From positions 2,080,001 through 2,144,000 of the forward strand of contig CAWDEM010000008.1 of assembly GCA_963801355.1 (NCBI GenBank): DNA of 64,000 nucleotides. The letters are read 5' to 3'. Below are positions 8,995 through 17,826 of the stretch, piece after piece. The notes beneath the pieces were generated by a model, which searched no databases, was not told the DNA's origin, and worked only from the letters and a program-made list of their open reading frames with translations. This DNA is from Ignavibacteriota bacterium (GTDB lineage Bacteria > Bacteroidota > Ignavibacteria > UBA10030 > UBA6906). Made by a program: the position numbers and the translations under genes. The stretch's first letter is position 1, and each line of letters begins with the position of its first letter.

Positions 8995-10191
8995 ATGCTC
9001 TACCATCTCAGCGGCAAAAACCTGACGGACGAACAACCCCTTCGTGTCGCATATTTTTCCGGGACGATGCGTCGTGGACAGGATGGAGTGACGCGCGTGC
9101 TGTACCGAACCATTGACGCACTCCATGACCATGGTATCAGAAGCATGTTTTTCTCACCCGTCGTTCCCGAAGCACGTGCCGCGGAAGCGGTCATGCAGCC
9201 CGTTCCTTCGGTGGCCTTCCCGTGGTATCCGGATTATCGGATTGCACTCCCCGGTTACGGCGCATTTGAAGCATCCCTGCAGCGGTTCCGCCCCGACCTC
9301 CTCCATATCCACAGTCCATGCCCTCTCGGCTGCGCCGCCGTTCACTGGGGAAGCCGCAACCACGTCCCTGTCGTTGCCACGTACCACACACACTTCGCCA
9401 GCTTTGCAAAGTACTACAAGGTGAAGGCGCTGGAGCTGTTCGGTTGGAACTATCTGCGGTCGCTCTATCATCCCTGTCAGCGGGTCTACGTGCCGTCCGT
9501 TCCGATCCTGCATGAACTTGCCACCAGGGGACTGCAACATCTCGCATTCATGCCCCACGGTGTCGACGCTGAGTCGTTCAGCCCCCGTCACCGGTCACGC
9601 CTGTGGAAAGATGCCGTTGCCCCGGGCGGGAAAAAGGTGCTGCTCTATGCCGGACGCCTTGTCTGGGAGAAGGATTTGCGGACTCTCGTTGGCGTGTACA
9701 ATCGTCTCAACGAAGACAGATCCGATTGGACTCTGGTTCTGGCAGGCGATGGACCGGTCCGCCGGGAACTTTCGGCGGCTATGCCGGAAGCGAAGTTTCT
9801 CGGGAGTCTCTCCGGTCGTGCACTGTCCGTCGCCTATGCCTCAAGTGACATTCTGGTGTTTCCATCCACCACAGAGACCTTCGGCAATGTTGTCATTGAG
9901 GCAATGGCTTCGGGGCTTCCTCCCGTTTGCGCGGCGGAAGGCGGGGCGGGCGGGAGCATACAGCACGGCATCAATGGATTTATTACCAACCCGCGCGATG
10001 CATCGGACATCGCCCGGCATATCGTCTTGCTGCTGGAGAATCCCGCACGACTTCGTGCGATGGGCAGAGCCGCCCGGGCATACGCGCGCACTCAGACATG
10101 GGAAGGGATTTTTGAGCGTTTGTTTGCGGACTACAGGAATGTCATTGCGGAATATCGGGAGGCAGAACGAAAAGACAAGAAGGCTGCCTGA
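8995..10191 (+). CDS. Glycosyltransferase family 4 (GT-B)
   Basis: DGVTR, ATYHTHF, YAGRLVWEK, FPSTTETFGNVVIEAMASGLP (EX7E motif); GGAGG RBS. Confidence 0.9.
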   Translation: MLYHLSGKNLTDEQPLRVAYFSGTMRRGQDGVTRVLYRTIDALHDHGIRSMFFSPVVPEARAAEAVMQPVPSVAFPWYPDYRIALPGYGAFEASLQRFRPDLLHIHSPCPLGCAAVHWGSRNHVPVVATYHTHFASFAKYYKVKALELFGWNYLRSLYHPCQRVYVPSVPILHELATRGLQHLAFMPHGVDAESFSPRHRSRLWKDAVAPGGKKVLLYAGRLVWEKDLRTLVGVYNRLNEDRSDWTLVLAGDGPVRRELSAAMPEAKFLGSLSGRALSVAYASSDILVFPSTTETFGNVVIEAMASGLPPVCAAEGGAGGSIQHGINGFITNPRDASDIARHIVLLLENPARLRAMGRAARAYARTQTWEGIFERLFADYRNVIAEYREAERKDKKAA

Positions 10192-10244
10192 TGGGCACGT
10201 CCCAGGTTTGAACTGAACTTAGTGCTCAACAAGTTGCAGGGGCA

Positions 10245-11117
10245 CTAGTTCCCCTCTGGACGTCGCATTGAGTCCAAACCCCTCTGCTGGATCAGATCAC
10301 GGTACGTGATGAGCCTCGCGCCCTGCCCCTCCAGGATTTGCCTGAACTCCCTAGTCAGCAATGCATTCAGCTCGGCGTGCCGGTGCCGGCTCATTCCGGA
10401 AAGCCCGACGGCATTCTGATCTGTGAGGGCGTTCATTTCCGGCGTCTCAAGCCCGATATGGAACACAAAGAGATTCGGCGCGCCGGATTTCAGTCCCGAA
10501 GCAAGGGTCAGGAGATTTTCGGCTTTCTTCTCCGGTGGTGCATTGTAGTATCCCCCGACATCCTCTTCGCCATAGTACCGGGAGATCGCAAGGCCATATT
10601 CGCGCGCCAGACGTTCCACTACTTCGCGCAATGCAATGGTGCTCACCGCCGCACCCATATGATAATCAAGATAGTCAATCCGTAAACCCGATTGCACCGC
10701 CCGTCCGATTTGAGCCCGTAGCTCCTTTTCCACTTCTGCGACAACGGGGTTATGGCTGAAGAGGAGGGCTCGTGACGGGAAAAAATACCCGCAACTGTCG
10801 ACGAGCGACGGTACTGCTTCTGCCCCCGCCACCGGTCCCCACCGGTACTCCTTCCACTCCGCGTTCAACGTCAGGTGGACGCCCACCGACACTTCCGGAT
10901 GCCGCCGCAGCAGTTCGACGGCCCCCTGGTACCACGGACAGGCAAACATCACCGAAGCCGAAAACGGGATCCCCGACTCTATGACTTGTTGCGCGGCGGT
11001 GTTGACGGTATGGCACATGCCGATGTCATCACAACGGATCAACACCGGTATTTCCTGAGCGGGCGTGGCGGCCGGCAAGAGGAATGAGGCAAGGATCACC
11101 AATCGCAGGCACATCAT
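10245..11117 (-). CDS. YdjC/ChbG-family carbohydrate deacetylase with signal peptide
   Basis: IRCDDIGMC, GVHLTL, EKELRAQI, DYLDYHM motifs; N-terminal hydrophobic signal ending ATPA-Q. Confidence 0.82.
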   Translation of the reverse strand: MMCLRLVILASFLLPAATPAQEIPVLIRCDDIGMCHTVNTAAQQVIESGIPFSASVMFACPWYQGAVELLRRHPEVSVGVHLTLNAEWKEYRWGPVAGAEAVPSLVDSCGYFFPSRALLFSHNPVVAEVEKELRAQIGRAVQSGLRIDYLDYHMGAAVSTIALREVVERLAREYGLAISRYYGEEDVGGYYNAPPEKKAENLLTLASGLKSGAPNLFVFHIGLETPEMNALTDQNAVGLSGMSRHRHAELNALLTREFRQILEGQGARLITYRDLIQQRGLDSMRRPEGN

Positions 11118-11134
11118 ACGCAGACCTCGCGACG

Positions 11135-12562
11135 TTAACGGACAAGCATTATTCTATGCACAACCGAAGCTCTCCCCACTGAAAGACGGCAGAGGTACAT
11201 TCCGCTCGCCAATCCGGTGGCATCGAATCCTATGGTGTATTTCCCCGGCATCATCGGTGTATTAGCGAGCACCGCAACGACACGGCCAAGCATATCGTAC
11301 ACAACCAGGCTGACCTTCGTCCAATCAGGCCCTGGTACGCCGAATCCGATGGTTGTCGTGGGATTGAATGGATTGGGGTAGTTCACCAGGAAGGCTTTGC
11401 CGTTCTGGTCCGGTGTCATCCTCGCCGCCACACCTGTGACAAGGCGGTTCTTCAGCGCGGTGATGCGTTCGTAAGACGCATTGATGCGGTCTTCGGTGAT
11501 CCTTCCGGATTTGACGCTCTGTTCCAGCACGTTCACCACCCGTCCTGCCAGCGAGCGCCCCGAGCTGTCAAGATTCGTGTTATACACGAGTATGTCCACA
11601 CCTGCCTTGACAGCCAGCTCCATCGCCTCATCCAGCCCGTACTGGCCGGAGATTGCCTTCATACCCATCTCGTCACTGAACACCACCCCGCGGAAGCCGA
11701 GCTGGTTCCGGAGGACCCCGGTAATCGTCGCAGGCGACAACGTGGCCGGGTACAGCGAGTCCAGATGCGCGTTGTACACATGTGCCGTCATCACCGCATC
11801 AACGGCGTTATTCTCGAGCAGGCGCGTGTAAGGGATCAGCTCCGCGGTCGTCCATGTTGATGTGACATCGGTAAAACCGAGGTGCGAATCGGAGCTTGCG
11901 CTTCCATGACCGGGGAAGTGCTTGAGCGTCGTGCAGATATTCCGTTTGCGGAATTCATCGGCGAACCAGCCGGCGTGGAGCGCGACACTTTCGGGGTTCG
12001 CGGAGAAACTCCGCCCCAGGGCACCGATAGCCGGGCTTGCCGGATTCACATTGACATCCACAACGGGGGCAAGGTTGACGTTGATCCCTGTCTGCACAAA
12101 CCACCCCGCCATTGTACGTGCGACGTTTCTGGTGTTTGCCTCGGTGTTCGCCACCGTGCCCATCTGATAGGCGGATGGCGTAGCGGCAAAACCGTTTGAA
12201 GCGCTCAACCGGGCAACCTTTCCGCCTTCTTCATCAACGGCCAGGAGCAAAGGAATGGGCGAACGCTGCTGGAGTTCGGAGGTGAAGTAGGCAATCTGCG
12301 ACGGATTCCTCAGGTTATTGCTCCAGGTGAACATCAACACGCCTCCCACCAGCCCCCGGGACAGATCATTGCGCAACGTGTCCATGGACGGTGACGACAC
12401 CTCCAGCGAATCGCCGGTGGCGGTCACCATCACCATCTGTCCGAGTTTCTGGCGGAGGGAGAGCTGGGAAAGTGCCGAGTGCGGGGAGAGGCAAGTGAAG
12501 ATAATAATGCCAAGGATGAAAAGGAATGAACGCTGCCAGGGTACGGTAGTAGCAACAGGCAA
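11135..12562 (-). CDS. nagZ: GH3 beta-N-acetylglucosaminidase (NagZ type) with T9SS C-terminal domain
   Basis: AVDEEGGKVARL, NLAPVVD, KHFPGHGSASSDSH (NagZ Asp-His dyad motif), FSDEMGM; CTD NYPNPFNP...SGMYLCRL. Confidence 0.88.
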   Translation of the reverse strand: MPVATTVPWQRSFLFILGIIIFTCLSPHSALSQLSLRQKLGQMVMVTATGDSLEVSSPSMDTLRNDLSRGLVGGVLMFTWSNNLRNPSQIAYFTSELQQRSPIPLLLAVDEEGGKVARLSASNGFAATPSAYQMGTVANTEANTRNVARTMAGWFVQTGINVNLAPVVDVNVNPASPAIGALGRSFSANPESVALHAGWFADEFRKRNICTTLKHFPGHGSASSDSHLGFTDVTSTWTTAELIPYTRLLENNAVDAVMTAHVYNAHLDSLYPATLSPATITGVLRNQLGFRGVVFSDEMGMKAISGQYGLDEAMELAVKAGVDILVYNTNLDSSGRSLAGRVVNVLEQSVKSGRITEDRINASYERITALKNRLVTGVAARMTPDQNGKAFLVNYPNPFNPTTTIGFGVPGPDWTKVSLVVYDMLGRVVAVLANTPMMPGKYTIGFDATGLASGMYLCRLSVGRASVVHRIMLVR

Positions 12563-12664
12563 ATCTGAAGTCCTTTACATAGTGGAGGCCTACCCTATCC
12601 CTCGATGGGGCAGGCGCACAGAACGCACCTCCTCCCCTCAGGGCTGTAGTTTAGAATCGCCAAA

Positions 12665-12693
12665 AATATACACCTTAGCCTCAGAATATGCAA
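12665..12693 (-). promoter_or_regulatory. Sigma70 promoter for nagZ-ydjC
   Basis: TTGCAT-N17-TATATT, with TG immediately before the -10 hexamer. Confidence 0.6.
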
Positions 12694-12701
12694 GCAATAC
12701 T

Positions 12702-14528
12702 TTAAGTTCCGGTTGGATTTTCCCTCGCGGGGGTCGCCCAGAGCCTGTTAATCACATAGAGGAGTACGCCGCCGCTGATCAGGAACACTGCGAGCAATGC
12801 AAGAGCATACTCCGTGCGTCCATACAGGAAATTTCCCACTGTGAAGAGGGACGACCAGATGACCGTGCATCCGGCCACCCATCCCAGCAGCGCCATCGGG
12901 ATGTTCTCCCCCCTCGATCCTTTCTCCGCCTTTGGGAACCCCAATTCTTTCCGGATGGCTTCCCACCCCGGACCGAAGGGGCGGACCTTCGTGTAGAATG
13001 CCCGCAGCGTCTCCCGGTTTGTCTCGGGCCCGAAGAGAGCGGTCAGGATCCAGCACGCGGACGTGAATATGACAGTAATGACGAGGCCGACGTGGGTGCT
13101 GACCCCCGCGCCATTTCTGTTGGCGATTAGCAACACGATGGAGACGAAAAATGAACTGACCATTGCCACCACCTCACTCCATGCGTTCACCCGCCACCAG
13201 AACCACCGCACGAGGTAGAGCAGCCCTGTGCCGGCACCGACCTGCAGGATGATATCAAATGCATCCTTTGCGCTTTCGAGGAAGAACACCATCGACGAGG
13301 AAAGGACGAAGAGCAAGATAGTGGCCCATCGTCCGGCGCGAACATAGTGCTTTTCATCCGCATCACGTTTAATGAAGCGGCGGTAGAAATCGTGGACGAG
13401 ATACGAAGCGCCCCAGTTCAGATGTGTCAGAATTGTCGATGAGTTTGCAGCGATGAGCCCGCCCACCATCAGACCGATGAATCCCACCGGCAGGAACTTG
13501 AGCATTGCCGGATAGGCAATGTCGTGTCCGAGCAACGTGGGGTCCAGGTTCGGGAACGCGTGCTGAATGTCGGAGAGTTGTGGATACACGATGATGGAGC
13601 AGAGGCCCACCAGAATCCAGGGCCAGGGGCGCAGCACATAGTGGGCGATATTGAAGAAGAGCACCGCGCCGAGGGCATCCTTTTCCGACTTTGACGCAAG
13701 CATGCGTTGCGCGATGTAGCTTCCCCCGCCGGGTTCTGCGCCGGGATACCAGACAGCCCACCATTGTACGGCGATCGGCATGATAAACACCGCCACCGCA
13801 ATATCCCAGTTGTTGGTGAAGTCGGGGAGGATATTCAAATAGTTCAGGCCGTTCGGCCCTTTCAGCACGGAGAGTTTCTCGACCATCCCGCTCAACCCGC
13901 CGACCTCGGGCAGCTGCACCGCAAAATAGGCCGCGGCGATGACCGCGGTCATCTTGATGAAAAACTGCACCATATCAATCACCAGCACTCCCCAGAGTCC
14001 CGAGTGGGTGGCAAACGCTACGTTGAGAAACCCGACTGCCAGGAGAGTCTGCCAGCGCTCAAGTCCGAACAGAATCCCCGCGATTTTGCATGCGGCAAGA
14101 TTGACCGTGGCCATGATCATACAGTTGAAGAACAGGCCGAGGTAGACCGACCGGAAGCCGCGCACAAATCCGGCTGCTTTGCCGGAATACCGGATTTCAT
14201 AGAACTCAAGGTCGGTCATGACACCCGACCTCCGCCAGAGACGGGCATAGAAAAACACGGTCGCAACGCCGGTCAGCACAAATGCCCACCAGACCCAGTT
14301 ACCTGCGACACCGTTGCGCCGCACGATATCCGTCACGAGGTTTGGGGTATCGCTGCTGAAGGTCGTTGCCACCATCGACAACCCGGCCAGCCACCACGGC
14401 ACCGAACGGCCGGACGCGAAGAACTCGGTGGTATTCTTGCCCGCACGTTTTCCGAAGAAGAGTGCCGGGAAGAAACAGACGACCAGAGCGACAACAACAA
14501 TGACCCAGTCAATGAGTTGCAGGTGCAT
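12702..14528 (-). CDS. Sodium:solute symporter (SSS family)
   Basis: EFFASGRSVPWW, SMVATTF, YIAQRML, many transmembrane segments. Confidence 0.92.
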   Translation of the reverse strand: MHLQLIDWVIVVVALVVCFFPALFFGKRAGKNTTEFFASGRSVPWWLAGLSMVATTFSSDTPNLVTDIVRRNGVAGNWVWWAFVLTGVATVFFYARLWRRSGVMTDLEFYEIRYSGKAAGFVRGFRSVYLGLFFNCMIMATVNLAACKIAGILFGLERWQTLLAVGFLNVAFATHSGLWGVLVIDMVQFFIKMTAVIAAAYFAVQLPEVGGLSGMVEKLSVLKGPNGLNYLNILPDFTNNWDIAVAVFIMPIAVQWWAVWYPGAEPGGGSYIAQRMLASKSEKDALGAVLFFNIAHYVLRPWPWILVGLCSIIVYPQLSDIQHAFPNLDPTLLGHDIAYPAMLKFLPVGFIGLMVGGLIAANSSTILTHLNWGASYLVHDFYRRFIKRDADEKHYVRAGRWATILLFVLSSSMVFFLESAKDAFDIILQVGAGTGLLYLVRWFWWRVNAWSEVVAMVSSFFVSIVLLIANRNGAGVSTHVGLVITVIFTSACWILTALFGPETNRETLRAFYTKVRPFGPGWEAIRKELGFPKAEKGSRGENIPMALLGWVAGCTVIWSSLFTVGNFLYGRTEYALALLAVFLISGGVLLYVINRLWATPARENPTGT

Positions 14529-14545
14529 GTATCACCCCTTCATGG

Positions 14546-15409
14546 TTACTGCCAGAGCTTTCCGCGAAACTGTTTCCTCAGGGACTCCTCTACAACATCG
14601 ATATCGCCGGCGGTGGTCAGGTCAGGCACCGGTTCGGCGATGGGAATCGCCACCACCGACCCGGGAACCTCCCTGATCATCCTGCTGACCGCTACCGGCA
14701 ATTCCTTTTCACTGCGCACGGGGTCCATGGGAGCCTGCTCCAAAAACGGCAGGATCACGTCGCAGGCAAACCGCCAGAGATTCATGCTCACCCAGACTCT
14801 TCCATCCGGGCCGGTCACACGCGTGATCTGTTCCTCCGATGGCTTTTCGATGATCTCCACAAGCCTCCCCGACCCATCCTTCAACAGTACGCCGAACTGC
14901 CGGGCACGTGTGGATGAGAAACCAAGTGCATCACGATCGTACGCTATCAGTGCACATCGATCTCCCGTGTCGAGCATTTTGCGCAAGGCCGCGACGGAGT
15001 ACAGATTGTCGCTGTTACAGACCGTGCATCCCCGTCCACTCCAGTCCGGTCTTGACCGCAAGGCCTGCAGCAACGCATCAGCGGTACCGAGCGGTTTTGT
15101 TCGTCCAGCGGGAATCTTCTGAATCGCGTAGGAGATCTCGAGCGAGTGGAAACGATTGCCCCGGTCGGTGGTGCCATAGCGCTCACGGAATGCCCTGTTC
15201 TGCTCGCCCACCACCAGCACAACATCCCGATACCCTGCCAGTTCGGCATTCCAGAGCAGATAGTCCAGAAACGGACGTTTCCCTTCTCCCAGGCCGATGA
15301 GTGATTTCGCCGCGTGTGAAGCCTCATGCCCCGCACCGAGCGCGCTCATGGACTTCTTCATCCGTGAGGAAACACCACCCGCAAGAATGACGATATTGGG
15401 ACTGTTCAC
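14546..15409 (-). CDS. Sugar-1-phosphate nucleotidyltransferase family protein
   Basis: VILAGGVSSRMK, KPLGTADAL, CNSDNLYS, IIEKPS, SMNLW; GTGA overlap with the upstream kinase. Confidence 0.85.
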   Translation of the reverse strand: MNSPNIVILAGGVSSRMKKSMSALGAGHEASHAAKSLIGLGEGKRPFLDYLLWNAELAGYRDVVLVVGEQNRAFRERYGTTDRGNRFHSLEISYAIQKIPAGRTKPLGTADALLQALRSRPDWSGRGCTVCNSDNLYSVAALRKMLDTGDRCALIAYDRDALGFSSTRARQFGVLLKDGSGRLVEIIEKPSEEQITRVTGPDGRVWVSMNLWRFACDVILPFLEQAPMDPVRSEKELPVAVSRMIREVPGSVVAIPIAEPVPDLTTAGDIDVVEESLRKQFRGKLWQ

Positions 15410-16560
15410 CGGCGGGATCCTCCGGCGCGGCCGGAATCATCACGCACACCTTCGTCCGTCCTCACAATGTAGGCCTGTCCTCCGGCCCGCTCAACGGCCG
15501 CGGCGACTTCTTCAGGGTGCTCCGGCGCGTATGCGAACATACATCCTCCCCCTCCCGACCCGTTGATCTTGCCTCCACAGGCGCCTGCGGAAAGGGCCGC
15601 ATCGAGCATGCGATCGATCTTCGGGGTCGAGATGCGCAGGACATCCCGTAGCACTGCCTGATGTTCCGAGAGAAGGAGCCCCAACCGGTGATGGTTAAGA
15701 GGGTGCGCTTGCAGCAGTTGCCGTGCAAGAGCGGTGATATCCCTGTTGCGCAATGTCCCGAGCAACAGAGCCGCCCGCTCCGGTGTAAGATCCCTGCTAT
15801 ACTGAATCAGCGACGGTTCATCGACCGTGTGCAGAGAGAATTCCGGATACCTTCCGGCCAAGCCGGCGGTGATTTCCAGGATCTGATTCTTGACACGCGC
15901 GAGAATTGCCGTAGTGTCTTTCGGCTCACCGGAGTCACCCAGGACGAAGGTCCGGAGCGGAACATCAAGGGGGGTGACGACGATCGAGGGGGCAAAATCA
16001 ATAGCCAGGATGCCCCCGAACGAGGTTGAAAAATGGTCCATCATGCCGCCGGGTTCCTTGAACTCGACCACTTCCGCTTCATGGGCAAGGCGGGCAATCT
16101 CCCTGGGTGGCAGGAGTACCGCCTGGTCGCTCATGCGCACCAGGAAGTCGACCCACGCCACGATGAGCGCCGACGAACTGGATGTGCCGGTGTTGATCGG
16201 AATCTTGCCGCGCACGGCGGCGCGGATCCCGGTGCTGTGCGTGTAGCCATGCCGGTGAACGACATTGACTGCGCTTCTCAGATAGTCGCGTTCCTTCTCG
16301 TAGTGCAGTGGACAGTCAAGGGGAAAAGACTCGCGACTCCGGATGTCAGGAAGGTCCAATTCCGCCCAGGGCCGTGCGGTGCGCACGCCTTCGATGGTGA
16401 CGCGGAGAGAGATGGCACAGGGGACGACGGGCAGATGCAGATAGTCCTGATGTTCACCGAACAGACAGATCCTGCCGGGTGCTGAGATGCGAAGGGATTG
16501 GGGGCGCGTTGGTGCGGACATACTGCAGGTGAATGTATCGGAAGAATTATGGATTGTCAA
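15406..16560 (-). CDS. GHMP-family anomeric sugar kinase (galactokinase-like)
   Basis: APGRICLFGEHQDY, IPINTGTSSSSAL, GGMMDH, GGKINGSGGGGC. Start uncertain (TTG 16560 or ATG 16521). Confidence 0.88.
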   Translation of the reverse strand: MTIHNSSDTFTCSMSAPTRPQSLRISAPGRICLFGEHQDYLHLPVVPCAISLRVTIEGVRTARPWAELDLPDIRSRESFPLDCPLHYEKERDYLRSAVNVVHRHGYTHSTGIRAAVRGKIPINTGTSSSSALIVAWVDFLVRMSDQAVLLPPREIARLAHEAEVVEFKEPGGMMDHFSTSFGGILAIDFAPSIVVTPLDVPLRTFVLGDSGEPKDTTAILARVKNQILEITAGLAGRYPEFSLHTVDEPSLIQYSRDLTPERAALLLGTLRNRDITALARQLLQAHPLNHHRLGLLLSEHQAVLRDVLRISTPKIDRMLDAALSAGACGGKINGSGGGGCMFAYAPEHPEEVAAAVERAGGQAYIVRTDEGVRDDSGRAGGSRR

Positions 16561-16626
16561 GAAGATTCATGGGCAGGAACCGGGCATGTTGAACCGAGCA
16601 GGGACCGGTCTCCGGAGCCGGTCTTC

Positions 16627-17826
16627 CTACAAGATCCTGACCCTGAGTGTGTGTGGTACCTTCTGCAGATCGCCGAAAAGAGAATCCTTGTACTCCGCAT
16701 CCACATCGGCAATGGCATAGCCGATGAATTCATTGGTACGGAGATACTGTGAAATCACGTTGACATTGTTCTGTGCGAAGATTCCATTGATATGTGAAAG
16801 CACGCCGGGGACATTCTCATGCACGTGGAGAAGCCGGCGCACGGGGGATTTGTCGTGGAGGGGCAAATTGATGCGGGGAAAATTCACACTGGTGAACGTG
16901 CTGCCGGTTGTGTTGTACTCGAGGATCTTCTGCGTGACGAACGATGCAATATTCTCTTGCGCCTCCTCAGTGCTGCCGCCGATGTGCGGCGTCAAGAGCA
17001 CATTGGGCAACCCTTGCAGCGGCGAAACAAACGGCTCGCGTCCATCCTGCGGCTCCTCGGGAAATACATCCACGGCGGCCCCGGCCACCCTGCCATTCCG
17101 GAGGCTGTCTGCCAGGGCTTCGACGTTGACAATGTGTCCCCGGCTTAGATTCAAGAGGAGCACGCCAACCTTCATCATCGCGAACTCCTCTGCGTCGAGA
17201 AGATTCGTATTGGATGGATTGCCGTCGACGTGGATCGTGATGATGTCGGCAATCTCAAGCAACTCCCTCAGGGTGGCGAGTCGGGTCGCATTCCCGATGG
17301 CAAGTTTGTCTACGATGTCAAAAAAGTACACATCCATCCCCATGGCCTCTGCGAGGATGGAGACCTGGGATCCGATGTTGCCGAATCCGATGATGCCCAG
17401 TTTCTTCCCCCGCACTTCCCGGGCCCGTTCCGTCGTCTTGTCCCACACACCCCGATGCGCCTTGGCAATTTTGTCGTAGAGCCGGCGGATGAGCAGAATG
17501 ATCTCCGCGATGACAAGCTCGGCAACACTTCGCGTATTGCTGTACGGTGCATTGAACACAGCGACACCGTGATGCGATGCCGCAAGCAGATCCACCTGAT
17601 TTGTACCTATGCAATAAGCACCTACGACCGAAAGATCACGTGCATGATCGAAAATCCGGGACGTGAGCTGTGTGCGGGATCGGATTCCCAGCACCTCCAC
17701 ACCGTCGAGGGCCGCGATGAGATCATCTTCACTCACGCGGGATTTTCCCGAGCGCACATCATACCCTGCGCCGGCGAACGCGGAAACAGCGTTGGGATGG
17801 ATGTTCTCGAGCAGTAAGGCTTTCAT
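16627..17826 (-). CDS. serA: D-3-phosphoglycerate dehydrogenase with C-terminal ACT domain
   Basis: LLLENIH, GIRSRT, CIGTNQVDL, FNAPYSNTRSVAEL, GFGNIG, LTPHIGGSTEEAQ, HENVPGVL. The ATG overlaps the hypD stop (TGATG). Confidence 0.9.
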   Translation of the reverse strand: MKALLLENIHPNAVSAFAGAGYDVRSGKSRVSEDDLIAALDGVEVLGIRSRTQLTSRIFDHARDLSVVGAYCIGTNQVDLLAASHHGVAVFNAPYSNTRSVAELVIAEIILLIRRLYDKIAKAHRGVWDKTTERAREVRGKKLGIIGFGNIGSQVSILAEAMGMDVYFFDIVDKLAIGNATRLATLRELLEIADIITIHVDGNPSNTNLLDAEEFAMMKVGVLLLNLSRGHIVNVEALADSLRNGRVAGAAVDVFPEEPQDGREPFVSPLQGLPNVLLTPHIGGSTEEAQENIASFVTQKILEYNTTGSTFTSVNFPRINLPLHDKSPVRRLLHVHENVPGVLSHINGIFAQNNVNVISQYLRTNEFIGYAIADVDAEYKDSLFGDLQKVPHTLRVRIL

